Source: Vulcanisaeta distributa DSM 14429 (GTDB lineage: Archaea > Thermoproteota > Thermoprotei > Thermoproteales > Thermocladiaceae). Taken from it: 32,000 nt of DNA. Under the pieces are notes generated by a model. That model saw only the letters and a list, made by a program, of their open reading frames with translations, did no database searches and was not told the DNA's origin. Both the position numbers and the translations under genes were made by a program. This document shows, one piece after another, positions 1 to 8,854 of this stretch (position 1 is the first letter of the stretch; the number at the start of each line of letters is the position of its first letter). The stretch is from NCBI RefSeq assembly GCF_000148385.1, contig NC_014537.1, positions 990,001-1,022,000 on the forward strand. The letters are read 5' to 3'.

Positions 1-278
1 TGCTTGTACATGGTCCTATCAATCATTAACTCAATCAATTCCCTATAGAATGGGTGCAGGGAATCTAAGAACGGCATCCCGAGGGCCACATCACGAAAGG
101 CATCACTCAAGTACTTCCTAACCTCCCTAACCCTCCTCAACTCAAGTCTCCTCAACCTATCAATGCCAGGTTCAATACTTGGGTTCCTAGCCTGAAGACT
201 AAAGTAAACACCAACCACGGCATCCCACAACTCCTCACTGGTCGGTACATGTGGTGCTCTAATCACGTTAATGACCAC
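1..278 (-). CDS. NOG1-type GTP-binding protein, 5' part only (gene runs off left edge)
   Basis: Own minus-strand translation from GTG at 278: VVINVIRAPHVPTSEELWDAVVGVYFSLQARNPSIEPGIDRLRRLELRRVREVRKYLSDAFRDVALGMPFLDSLHPFYRELIELMIDRTMYK. The LDSLHPFYRELxxLxxDxxxYK block is typical of the NOG1 N-terminal helical domain. It is not in the ORF track because there is no stop codon inside the window. Confidence 0.6.
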   Translation of the reverse strand, partial: MVINVIRAPHVPTSEELWDAVVGVYFSLQARNPSIEPGIDRLRRLELRRVREVRKYLSDAFRDVALGMPFLDSLHPFYRELIELMIDRTMYK

Positions 279-375
279 GCCAATGTCTACAACCCCCTTA
301 ATAAACGTTTAATCAATAATATACATAACCTAAATAATCGCAGTAATTAATAGGCAATAATCAACAATTAATGGG

Positions 376-942
376 ATGAGCATTAACAGGCTAAGTGTGG
401 CGGGGCTTCTAGTATTCATTGGCGTGGCTGAATTCCTACTGTTAATGTTGATCGCCGAGACGCTTTACCCGGGGTATTCGGTCTCCAGAAATTACATCAG
501 TGATTTGGGCGTTGGGCCTACGGCGATCTTATTCAACTCCTCAATAATAATCATGGGCCTCCTACTAGTAATTGCGGCAATACTCGTATGGGGACTTAGT
601 AAGGTCTTTGCGGTAACAATAGCCCTAACGGGCATTGGCGCAATGGGCGTTGGCGTATTCCCAGAGACCGTTCATCCACTCCACCTAATCTTTGCATTAA
701 TAGCCTTCCTATTCGCATCAATATCGTCATACCCAACGATAAAGATATCAAGGAGCCCAGGGAGAGCACTATGGCCGATACTAGGCACAATTGGCCTCAT
801 AGCCCTAATACTATACATAATGCACATGTACCTAGGCCTAGGCCCAGGCGGGATGGAGAGGATGATAGTATACCCAAACCTAACCTGGGCCCTGGCCTTC
901 TCCGCGGAATTAATGAATTATAAGGATGCCTCCGGGGTATGA
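376..942 (+). CDS. polytopic membrane protein, DUF998-like
   Basis: 188 aa with about 6 hydrophobic spans. The N-terminal motif YPGYSVSRNYISDLGVGP resembles the DUF998 signature (Y-S-x-x-x-x-ISxLG). The family call is from memory and needs an HMM check. Confidence 0.6.
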   Translation: MSINRLSVAGLLVFIGVAEFLLLMLIAETLYPGYSVSRNYISDLGVGPTAILFNSSIIIMGLLLVIAAILVWGLSKVFAVTIALTGIGAMGVGVFPETVHPLHLIFALIAFLFASISSYPTIKISRSPGRALWPILGTIGLIALILYIMHMYLGLGPGGMERMIVYPNLTWALAFSAELMNYKDASGV

Positions 943-1007
943 TTAGTAATAATCACGGGGCCTAATTATCGCTCATGTATTTAACGGGTTGGTTCACTTG
1001 GGACATA

Positions 1008-2660
1008 CTATGAATATGTGCATGGTGTATAAACTATGCCTGACGATACTCCACTTACGTAAGAGCCAGGTGGTGCATTTGCAAGATTCCAGTATGCGGC
1101 TGTGATTGAAAGATCCACAGTACTGCTTGATGAAGGTACAACATCAATAACCCACCAGGCATTGACCCAAATGGTCTGGTAGGTATAGTAGGCACAGTAT
1201 ACCCAGGAGGTTACTGCATTATTCTCAAAGTCTACCGGAAATGCCGCATAGCTTTCCGTAGATAAACTCGGTAAGTATATGCTGGCTGGTGATATGTCCT
1301 CAAAGGCATTTGGGAATGTCGCATAGCTGCCGCTGGCGCCTATACTGAATGTCCACGTGATGTTGGACAGTATTATAGTGGGTACGTTGGGTAGGCTTGT
1401 GCTATATCCTGGATTTTGAGAGAGGGAAATCATCTCGCTAGTACCAGCAGGTAACGATATACCAATCCCGATAAACGGAATTGACGTGCTACCTATTGAT
1501 TGTGGAATCCATTGAGTAGGACCTCCATCACCGACAAATGTGCTGACCTCGCCTTCCTTATACATCTGATAGCCGGTGTAGTAATCAATGGCGCCCACCT
1601 GGTAACCCTCAAGACCACCGTTATTATACATCGTAGGACTCTCTAAATATGCTTCATAACCGATAACGTTTATGGGGACTGATGATGGTGCACCACCAAA
1701 GATTTCGTTAGATGCCAATAAGCATGTATCCCAGTAATACGTGCCGTTTCCGTCAGAGTAACCCGGTATGCCGTACTGGTACCAACCTGAATAAAGCATT
1801 GGTGCCGCCCATATAAACGTGGTGGTATCCGTCACATACACACCGGATGATGGACTTGAGGCACTGCTAAATTCGACGGAGTATCCCTCGTAGCATGGAT
1901 CCTCGCCTTGCACCGGGTCTACGTTGCTACTTACTGTTGTCGCTGTTGTAGTCGGTCTCATCATGTTTACCATAACCGTTGTTAATTGACTTAAGTACAC
2001 TGGCCCTATTATTAGTCCCCATGGCTTAACCCACCTCACCACGATTACCACAGGCTCATGCCTATTCACCGGTATTATTGGGTAGGCTAGTAGGTAGTCA
2101 TTACTTGGCTCCCCATTAATGAATATTAACCTGTGATTCGTGGCCACCGCCCATGAATAGGCTAGCACGAACTCGATGATACCCTCATCACTACCGTTCG
2201 CATAAATGCCGATTATGTCGTTCCTAGCAATGGCGATGGCTAAATCATGAATCACCGGACTCGTTAGGTTAACGGTTATCCTGCCCAATGGGCCACTGGA
2301 AATAATGCTAGGCTTAATTAGGGACCAATCAATGACGACAACACTGTTGTTTGGTAGACTCACTAATTGATCAAGGCCCACGGGCTTAATCAGCGATTGA
2401 TTAATGCCGATATTAATCAATTTTTGGGCTAGTGTTTGCGGGCCAACAACGTAGATTGGCGTGTTAAGACTCGTTGGAAAACTAACAATGCCTTGGTTAG
2501 TGTCTGCAAATTTATTGTTCACGGCATCGTTAGGTCTAACCACGGCGCCATGGTCAGTTAAAGGCGTCGGTAAAGCAACGAGTACTGAGGTAGCAATTAC
2601 AGCGGCGATGATCACGGCGGCTATGAACAAAAGCCTAGACCCAGAACCCATACCCATCAA
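1008..2660 (-). CDS. membrane-anchored/secreted sequon-rich protein, paralog family member 1
   Basis: 550 aa with an N-terminal signal anchor (RLLFIAAVIIAAVIATSVLVALP). It has many N-x-S/T sequons, a Tyr/Ser/Thr/Gly-rich body and a Cys near the C-terminus (PCTYS). The first ~120 aa align clearly with the 19871..21520 product (NTPIYVVGPQTLAQKLINIGINQSLIKPV vs NIPIYVVGPSTLVQRLVSAGINQSLIKPV). The likely true start is ATG 2657. Confidence 0.8.
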   Translation of the reverse strand: MMGMGSGSRLLFIAAVIIAAVIATSVLVALPTPLTDHGAVVRPNDAVNNKFADTNQGIVSFPTSLNTPIYVVGPQTLAQKLINIGINQSLIKPVGLDQLVSLPNNSVVVIDWSLIKPSIISSGPLGRITVNLTSPVIHDLAIAIARNDIIGIYANGSDEGIIEFVLAYSWAVATNHRLIFINGEPSNDYLLAYPIIPVNRHEPVVIVVRWVKPWGLIIGPVYLSQLTTVMVNMMRPTTTATTVSSNVDPVQGEDPCYEGYSVEFSSASSPSSGVYVTDTTTFIWAAPMLYSGWYQYGIPGYSDGNGTYYWDTCLLASNEIFGGAPSSVPINVIGYEAYLESPTMYNNGGLEGYQVGAIDYYTGYQMYKEGEVSTFVGDGGPTQWIPQSIGSTSIPFIGIGISLPAGTSEMISLSQNPGYSTSLPNVPTIILSNITWTFSIGASGSYATFPNAFEDISPASIYLPSLSTESYAAFPVDFENNAVTSWVYCAYYTYQTIWVNAWWVIDVVPSSSSTVDLSITAAYWNLANAPPGSYVSGVSSGIVYTPCTYS

Positions 2661-2680
2661 GGGTGATAAAATTTATGGAT

Positions 2681-2705
2681 CTTTTTACTTCGGGTGTTCA
2701 GAGAA
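2681..2705 (-). promoter_or_regulatory. promoter block (TATA/BRE plus conserved upstream box) shared with the paralog at 19834..19860
   Basis: The reverse complement reads ttctctgaacacccgaagtaaaaag, against ttctctgaacacccaagttataaaaag upstream of the paralog. The A/T box lies about 23-30 nt before the ATG in both genes. Confidence 0.5.
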
Positions 2706-3132
2706 AGTAGCTCGAGTGGGGTTGAATGTGCATTAAGTTCATGGTCGTTGAACTGCGGGTACGTGAATGAGCCGATACCGGCCCTAAGCTACGCACTCGT
2801 AACGAATACTCACCGGGTTACGGGTCCTTGCATGGGATTGTAGTGCTGCTGTAACAACGGTATGCCCATAAACTATGGTTAACTACATGTAATGAGCCCA
2901 CGGCGCATCACCTGGGTCGACCTGGCGAGCCCCTTGGTTCTGTAATATATCACGACCGTACTCTGCGGGTACCTTTTTGAGTAATGCCTTCCCCAATCTC
3001 TGTCCGGTGCGGATAGGTTACAAAGGCATTGGTGGAATGAGGTTGGGTGGCTCGTTAGTAAGGCGTTACGTCAATGTGGTTAAGCGATTTCCCATGAGAA
3101 ATGCTTAAAACCCTAGATTGGGATTCAATCCC

Positions 3133-3209
3133 GCCCCGGTAGCTCAGCCTGGTAGAGCGCCTCACTGGTAATGAGGAGGTCCCGGGTTCGAATCCCGGCC
3201 GGGGCTCCA
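3133..3209 (+). tRNA. tRNA-Thr (anticodon GGT), CCA encoded
   Basis: Hand-folded cloverleaf. Acceptor stem gccccgg/ccggggc, D stem gctc/gagc, anticodon stem cctca/tgagg with loop ctGGTaa, T stem ccggg/cccgg with loop ttcgaat, discriminator t plus cca. A TATA-like gcttaaaa sits about 25 nt upstream and T-rich tracts follow the 3' end. Confidence 0.92.
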
Positions 3210-3375
3210 ACAGGGTTATTCCTTCGTGGTTTTGTGGGTTTTGATATTGGCTTATGTGAGGTTGTTGAAATCGTGTTTAGCTTTCGTTATTGTGGAAATT
3301 ATCTTAATATTGCTTGTGTCACTTTTAAGAATACCCGGAGTTAAAAAAGCCCAGCGAACTGAGGGCTTGATAATT

Positions 3376-3570
3376 ATGAGTGCCGGGTTAGGATTGCCTA
3401 TTAACAGGACGCGCCTAATCGCGTTGGTCATGCTCATCATCGGCATAGTCTCGGCAACGCTTGCCGTGCTCGCCCAAACATCGGTCCAATCAGGCCCTTC
3501 ATGGCATTCAGCGGTAAGGCTTATGAGATCGATTATTACAATACGAGCGGTCTTCCGGCACCTACGTTAG
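3376..3570 (+). CDS. short ORF encoding only a signal-anchor segment; probably the displaced 5' end of the 3501..5129 gene
   Basis: ATG 3376 has a ttaaaaaa box at 3341-3348, about 28-35 nt upstream. It encodes MSAGLGLPINRTRLIALVMLIIGIVSATLAVLAQTSVQSG and then runs into non-membrane junk. The upstream part of the track ORF (GTG 3226) starts 17 nt after the tRNA and is unlikely to be real. Confidence 0.4.
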   Translation: MSAGLGLPINRTRLIALVMLIIGIVSATLAVLAQTSVQSGPSWHSAVRLMRSIITIRAVFRHLR

Positions 3571-5129
3571 TTATTCGCGGGACCATGAATGGTACGCCAG
3601 TGCCGCTCTCCGTGAGCATCTTCGCAATTACGCCGACCAGGATATACACCGTGGGTTACTACTACGGCGTTGGCACAGTGAGCATAAACCTAACGGGCTC
3701 ATTAATGATGGGCGTCGCCAATACCTGGATTAGCGATTACGGCAGTGCCATCTGGCCATCATTAATGGCATTCATAACCTACGGAGCCAATAACGAGACC
3801 TGGACCGTGATAGCGGCAATACCCTACAACCCAACCTGGGTAATGGAGAAGAGGCCGGTTGAGATCTTCGTTAACGCCAAATTCAACGAGGTGAAACCCG
3901 TTCACGTAACGCCGCTAAGCAACGTTGATGCAGCAGCGAGTACCCAAGTGATCGAGCCAGGCAAGGTCAACGGGAGTAGCGACCCATTTGGGTTCACGTA
4001 CATAGGTAGTTGCTCGTCAAGTAGCAATGTCGCGTACCCACCAACACCATCAAGCACCGAGGGTGTCTCCTACGTGTGGGTTCTCGAGCAATGCAACGAG
4101 TTCGAAGGTGGAGTACCACTTGTCTTCATTGGGTGGAGCACCAATGCGCTTCAGAACATAAATTCTATACTCATCAATAATATTGAGGGTACGGCACAGA
4201 GTGGTTCAGGGCTTTTTGGCGTACTCAATGAAACCGGTGGGAGTGGTGGGACTTTAGTGCTTGTGGGGCCAACATACACCTTCAGCAATACATATATAAT
4301 AGAGCTTCCGAACGCAATCGGGAATGTATTTATTGAGTATGGTCCTTTAAATGAAGAAATAACAACAGGTAACGTATACTATAGTGTCCCGAGCAATGGT
4401 TTCTTCTACGTGGGGTTGCCCTCTTACGTTGCTTATGTCGCGTTTCAGGAATACGAAGTAGCCCCCTTCATGACTTTGGCAACAGGCGTTTGGGCCAACG
4501 GTACTGAGTCCCTGGCGCCTCTTGAGTCTGACTTTAATGGGCAGTACCTCTATGTTTATCCATACCTAGACGTTGGTAATGGCTCAATGACCGGCGTATT
4601 TAATGGCGTGGTTTATATGTACCAGAATTACGGTCAATTGCTAATAAACCTACTTGATACTTACATGTATAATCAGGGCCTTGGTTGGTCGCCATGTTCA
4701 AATGCCCCACAGCCTGCCTTTGGCACGACATCGAATGGGATCGACTACGTTGAGTTCACGCTGTCGAGCATAACGAACACGTACAGCCCCAACCCAATTG
4801 GTTGGGCATTCATGTTCGGTTCACTATTGGTCGGCGGCTACTTTGGTGACTTACTTGACATCGTCGATTACGTGCTCATGGCTGTTGGCGATGCCTTAAC
4901 AATCGCCAGTGCCTTCGTAAACTCGGCGCTCTTTAACCAAAATACCTTTGGGCTGAGCGCTAGCGTGTACATAAACTATTACCCATCCTCTACCTTCTAC
5001 GTGACGCTTATAGGGAGCCCGCAGGTCACGAGCATCACTGGCTCGCAATCCCTCTATCCCATGGGCATGGTTATAAATGCAAGTGGTTATTATCCGTCAT
5101 GGCTCACGGGAACCCAATGTAACTCGTGA
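3501..5129 (+). CDS. secreted sequon-rich protein, paralog family member 3 (no signal peptide in its own frame)
   Basis: 542 aa with more than 20 N-x-S/T sequons and Tyr/Gly/Ser/Thr-rich composition. It has a C-terminal Cys (TQCNS), as the other two family members do (PCTYS, SCWLG). Its reading frame is open upstream only to 3405 and contains no hydrophobic leader. Confidence 0.75.
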   Translation: MAFSGKAYEIDYYNTSGLPAPTLVIRGTMNGTPVPLSVSIFAITPTRIYTVGYYYGVGTVSINLTGSLMMGVANTWISDYGSAIWPSLMAFITYGANNETWTVIAAIPYNPTWVMEKRPVEIFVNAKFNEVKPVHVTPLSNVDAAASTQVIEPGKVNGSSDPFGFTYIGSCSSSSNVAYPPTPSSTEGVSYVWVLEQCNEFEGGVPLVFIGWSTNALQNINSILINNIEGTAQSGSGLFGVLNETGGSGGTLVLVGPTYTFSNTYIIELPNAIGNVFIEYGPLNEEITTGNVYYSVPSNGFFYVGLPSYVAYVAFQEYEVAPFMTLATGVWANGTESLAPLESDFNGQYLYVYPYLDVGNGSMTGVFNGVVYMYQNYGQLLINLLDTYMYNQGLGWSPCSNAPQPAFGTTSNGIDYVEFTLSSITNTYSPNPIGWAFMFGSLLVGGYFGDLLDIVDYVLMAVGDALTIASAFVNSALFNQNTFGLSASVYINYYPSSTFYVTLIGSPQVTSITGSQSLYPMGMVINASGYYPSWLTGTQCNS

Positions 5130-5352
5130 TTTTGCACTGTCAATTTAATATATAATATAATGCATCAAAATTATCTCTTTTCCGTATTAATTTTAATTAT
5201 TTTAAGATGATACCATTCCCTACAGTCCTTACATAATGACTGGTTTTGGATAAGGTTAACTAGTAATAATTACGGCCATGGTTTTCACTCGTTTAGTTTT
5301 CTCTTTCTATTAAACATTAATTTTTTATACTTCCCTGGGACTTTGTTTTGTA

Positions 5353-5679
5353 ATGGATGGGCAGGAGTTAAGGCAGAGGCGTGGTGCGCCGGGTTATAGG
5401 GTTACTAAGTTACCGTATAAGGTTAGGGTTTACCTGAATAACCAGGTCCTTATACCGGCGAGTCTCGTGAGGGTATTGGGCATTTCTGGGCTTAAGTACG
5501 CGGTCATAACCATTTCCTACAATGGTATTCCAATCACGATTAAGGGCGTTAAGTTGCTGAGGACTAAGCGCACGGATTCAAGGCAGTTCACGATTCCAAG
5601 GGATGTTAGGGAGGCCTATGGGATTAGGCCTGGTGATGAGGTTGAGATAATAGACATAAAGCCCCTCAGGTTGTCTTAA
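5353..5679 (+). CDS. AbrB/SpoVT-family DNA-binding protein (two AbrB-like half-sites in one chain)
   Basis: QFTIPRDVREAYGIRPGDEVEIIDI is a classical swapped-hairpin AbrB/MazE motif. A weaker copy (QVLIPASLVRVLGISGLKYAVITI) lies N-terminal to it. Confidence 0.7.
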   Translation: MDGQELRQRRGAPGYRVTKLPYKVRVYLNNQVLIPASLVRVLGISGLKYAVITISYNGIPITIKGVKLLRTKRTDSRQFTIPRDVREAYGIRPGDEVEIIDIKPLRLS

Positions 5680-7499
5680 CCGCAGATCGGCCCGTTAATC
5701 AACAACTGCCTTATGTATATAGTCGTGTTAACCACGTAATTAGCATAGGCAGTTATTACGATATCCCCATAATACTCGTTGTAAATCGTGATTGATGACT
5801 CGTTACTACCCGTTGTTAGGTCTATCACGTGCCCATTGATTTGTAGGTATGCCATCGTCACATTTAATTGCCTTAAGTACCCGGGGCCAACCCATGAATA
5901 CTTTATTAAAATTTCGTATTGACCTGGCGGTAGTGTGGCATTCATCGTGAACCAAGCCCCAGGAGGTTCACTTGGTGTGTGGGCTATTTCCCCATTTATT
6001 ACCTGCCCATTGATTAGGGAGACCATATTTGGCATGGTATTAATGGTAATGGGTGCACATATCACAGGTTCACCCGTGTAATTCGCCCTTAGAACTAGCA
6101 GGTCATTCCCAATCACCATGTAGACTCCGTAACCCTCCATTAATGCGGTATTCACATACTCATTGTACGGCGTGCCCCACCAAGTGAACCAGGGACTGTC
6201 TGGCTGGGCCACTATGTAATCCGGCTTAACCCATGGGTACCACTGCGTGTATGCATTTATGTTATTTGAGAATGGTGGGTATAGGTTATTCTGAGCAAGT
6301 ACCGTGGCGTTACTCGGTATTAACCTAAGCGCACTCCAAACATCATAGTCAGCCTTAGTGAATTGGTATTGGAAGTGGATGATTGGGCTGACGCCGAGGA
6401 ACACCACCAACGTTGAGATCAGTATTAGGGCCATTAACCTCCTTTGCTGCTCAATCGGTATTTTCGACACGGCCATTAACGACGCCATTATTATGAACGG
6501 CACCGAGAAGGAACTATACTGGAAAAATGGGCTATAGTATATGACGTCGCTGGTTAGGAAGGATGCGAGGGGCCATGCGAGTGATGGGAGGGCCAGTGGG
6601 TCTAGGAAGGCCGTGAATGCAGTCGGTGCATAAAGCTCGAGGAAGTATAGGAATTTCTCCGTACCATACACCGAGTATAACTTCGGTATTAGTAATGGGT
6701 CCTTAATGACTGAGATTAATATGCCGAAGCTAAATGATGATGCGTACTGCTCGGGTAAGCCCGATAGTGGCGATGTGGTTGTTGGGCCCAGCGGGTTAAG
6801 TAAAGACTTCGTCCATAGGGCGATTAGGAGGACTACTATTGATACTGCGATGGTTAATACACCATGCATTAACTCACGCCTCCTCCTAATGTTTATAATC
6901 ACGTAGTACAGCCCGAGTAATGCCATGGGTATTGGCGCAAACTCTATGGTGCCGAGCGTGAGCAATAGCATTGGGTAATAAATCCTCCACTTCCTCGTGA
7001 TTAGCAGGTAAGTTGAGTATAGGGCGAGGGGCATGAATATAGTCTCCATGTGAAAATCAAAGGAGTTTGCGCCCTGGACCAGTGGGTCCATGAGGTAGAT
7101 AATTGCGAAGAAGGCCCCTAACCAATCCCTGCCTAGGTACTTACCTAACCAGTAAATGGGTAGTGCCCCTAGGGCCACGAGTATTGTCTGAGCCACAAGC
7201 AGGGTGATTGGGCTCGGGTATACGGCGTACACGGGTAGGAATAGGAATAACGTTGGTGAGAAGTGGACGTCTAGGAAACTATAGCCTATGGGCCCAGGCT
7301 TGGGTATTATCGCCACATCAACACTCTCATAAAACAGCCTGTGGTAATACAGTGTTGATGCCAGTGCCTGGGCGAATATCCCGAGGTCCGCAGCGTGGGT
7401 GTGAAATGTTAGGTACTTCAGCAATGTATAATACGACATCACTACGATATACGCCGCAATACCAAGGTAAACCACCAAGCCACTGATTGACCTTCTCAT
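5676..7499 (-). CDS. large polytopic membrane protein, DUF2079-like (GT-C-like fold suspected)
   Basis: 607 aa with about 12 TM spans followed by a ~170-aa soluble C-terminal domain. The motifs HAADLGIFAQA and DVHFSPTLFLFLP resemble the DUF2079 signatures (DLGIFxQ, HFSPIL). Confidence 0.7.
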   Translation of the reverse strand: MRRSISGLVVYLGIAAYIVVMSYYTLLKYLTFHTHAADLGIFAQALASTLYYHRLFYESVDVAIIPKPGPIGYSFLDVHFSPTLFLFLPVYAVYPSPITLLVAQTILVALGALPIYWLGKYLGRDWLGAFFAIIYLMDPLVQGANSFDFHMETIFMPLALYSTYLLITRKWRIYYPMLLLTLGTIEFAPIPMALLGLYYVIINIRRRRELMHGVLTIAVSIVVLLIALWTKSLLNPLGPTTTSPLSGLPEQYASSFSFGILISVIKDPLLIPKLYSVYGTEKFLYFLELYAPTAFTAFLDPLALPSLAWPLASFLTSDVIYYSPFFQYSSFSVPFIIMASLMAVSKIPIEQQRRLMALILISTLVVFLGVSPIIHFQYQFTKADYDVWSALRLIPSNATVLAQNNLYPPFSNNINAYTQWYPWVKPDYIVAQPDSPWFTWWGTPYNEYVNTALMEGYGVYMVIGNDLLVLRANYTGEPVICAPITINTMPNMVSLINGQVINGEIAHTPSEPPGAWFTMNATLPPGQYEILIKYSWVGPGYLRQLNVTMAYLQINGHVIDLTTGSNESSITIYNEYYGDIVITAYANYVVNTTIYIRQLLINGPICG

Positions 7500-7533
7500 T
7501 CCAGAAATTCATGGTTAAGGACTTATTAAGTAA

Positions 7534-8292
7534 TTACTTCATGAAATCAAGTATTGACGGCCCACCACCCCTCTCATGCTTAACCTCCTGGCAACTAACG
7601 CTTATTGACTTCATTCCATCATTACCAACCTCAAGTATTATTGGCTTCCAAATATTTGTGAAGGCAGCGTTAACTATGTAGGAGCTACCGGACTTAACGC
7701 ACCTAACTGTCGAGTTGTGGGCGTGGCCATGTATAGCAATGACATTATTACTAAAAATCACACCCTCCAAATCCCTAACCCCAAGGCTAGGCCAAATCCT
7801 TGGATCCTCACCCTGAAGTGTCTTAAATGTTGGTGCGTAATGTATTAAGAGGATTGTTAACTCCCTCGATGAGTTGATGGTTTTCCTAAGCCACTCAACC
7901 CTGCGCCTATACGTGTCCGCTATATTGGGTATGTGCCTCAACTGCCACGTCGTTGGCCTCTCCAGGGATCCCTTCGAACCAATTATCCTAAGTGTTACAT
8001 CATTTATTGTTAATTTAACGACCTCATCATCAAGCCACCTAATGACACCTAGCTCCCTAGCCCTCGGCATGACCTCATCATAATCCTCATTACCCGGCAC
8101 TGCAATTATCGTGTCACTAAGCCTCCTTAATTCGTTGATTAATATCTTTAATCCCTCAATCTTTCCATCCTCCATTAAATCGCCTGCTATGAGTACGGCG
8201 TCGAACTTGCCGAGGTTTTTAACGGCTTCCCTGAACCTTGGGAAGTACTTCGGCGAGTGAATGTCTGCTGTGGTGAGTATCCTAGCAACCAT
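7534..8292 (-). CDS. calcineurin-like metallophosphoesterase
   Basis: Ordered motifs: TADIHSP (DxH), IAGDLMEDG (GDxxD), VPGNEDY (GNH/E), IHYAP, and HGHAHN (GHxH). Confidence 0.8.
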   Translation of the reverse strand: MVARILTTADIHSPKYFPRFREAVKNLGKFDAVLIAGDLMEDGKIEGLKILINELRRLSDTIIAVPGNEDYDEVMPRARELGVIRWLDDEVVKLTINDVTLRIIGSKGSLERPTTWQLRHIPNIADTYRRRVEWLRKTINSSRELTILLIHYAPTFKTLQGEDPRIWPSLGVRDLEGVIFSNNVIAIHGHAHNSTVRCVKSGSSYIVNAAFTNIWKPIILEVGNDGMKSISVSCQEVKHERGGGPSILDFMK

Positions 8293-8344
8293 TTAATAGG
8301 TGGTAAAACATATTATTAAATTACTTTTCCAGGTTTATGGTTAA

Positions 8345-8854
8345 ATGAAGGGCAGCCTAGAATTACGGAAGTGCGATCCTGGCAATGACCTAGACATAAT
8401 AGTGAGTCTCGAGAGGGAGATCTTCAGGCCAAGCGAGCAGTACACCCTTGGTTTCATTAATTGGTTATGCAGGAATTGCACTAATTACTCCTACATAGCA
8501 TTCATGGATGGGAAGCCCGTGGGCTACATAATATCGTGCATAGAGGGCCTCAGTAGGGGTCACGTGATATCCGTCGGCGTTCTCAGTGACTATAGGAGGA
8601 TGGGCATTGGTAACGCGTTAATGTGTAGGTCAATATGCTCAATGGCCGAGAGGGGTATTGACCACGTGATACTTGAGGTCAGGGTATCAAACACGCCGGC
8701 AATAACGCTCTATAGGAAGCTTGGCTTTGACGTGCATGGCGTATTAAGGAGCTACTATAACGATGGTGAGGACGCATACCTAATGATACTTGGGAATGAT
8801 AAGTTTGAGGCGTTAATACGTAAATGCTGCTCAGTAACCAAACAACCTCCTTAG
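8345..8854 (+). CDS. GNAT N-acetyltransferase, RimI/Ard1-type
   Basis: [22 protein letters not shown] is the acetyl-CoA binding motif A (R-x-x-G-x-G/A). [39 protein letters not shown] matches the RimI/Ard1 C-terminal pattern. Confidence 0.8.
   Translation: MKGSLELRKCDPGNDLDIIVSLEREIFRPSEQYTLGFINWLCRNCTNYSYIAFMDGKPVGYIISCIEGLSRGHVISVGVLSDYRRMGIGNALMCRSICSMAERGIDHVILEVRVSNTPAITLYRKLGFDVHGVLRSYYNDGEDAYLMILGNDKFEALIRKCCSVTKQPP

Noticed and set aside
2741-3132. SRP RNA or RNase P RNA in the tRNA-upstream spacer
   Set aside because: The hallmark motifs are absent on both strands: the SRP helix-8 GGCCCGGAAGGGAGCA-type sequence, and the RNase P CR-I GAGGAAAGUCC and CR-V elements.
3226-3375. GTG 3226 as the start of a 114-aa membrane protein
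   Set aside because: It begins 17 nt after the tRNA 3' end, inside T-rich terminator-like sequence, and no promoter fits. ATG 3376, which has an upstream A/T box, is the plausible start of the signal-anchor segment.
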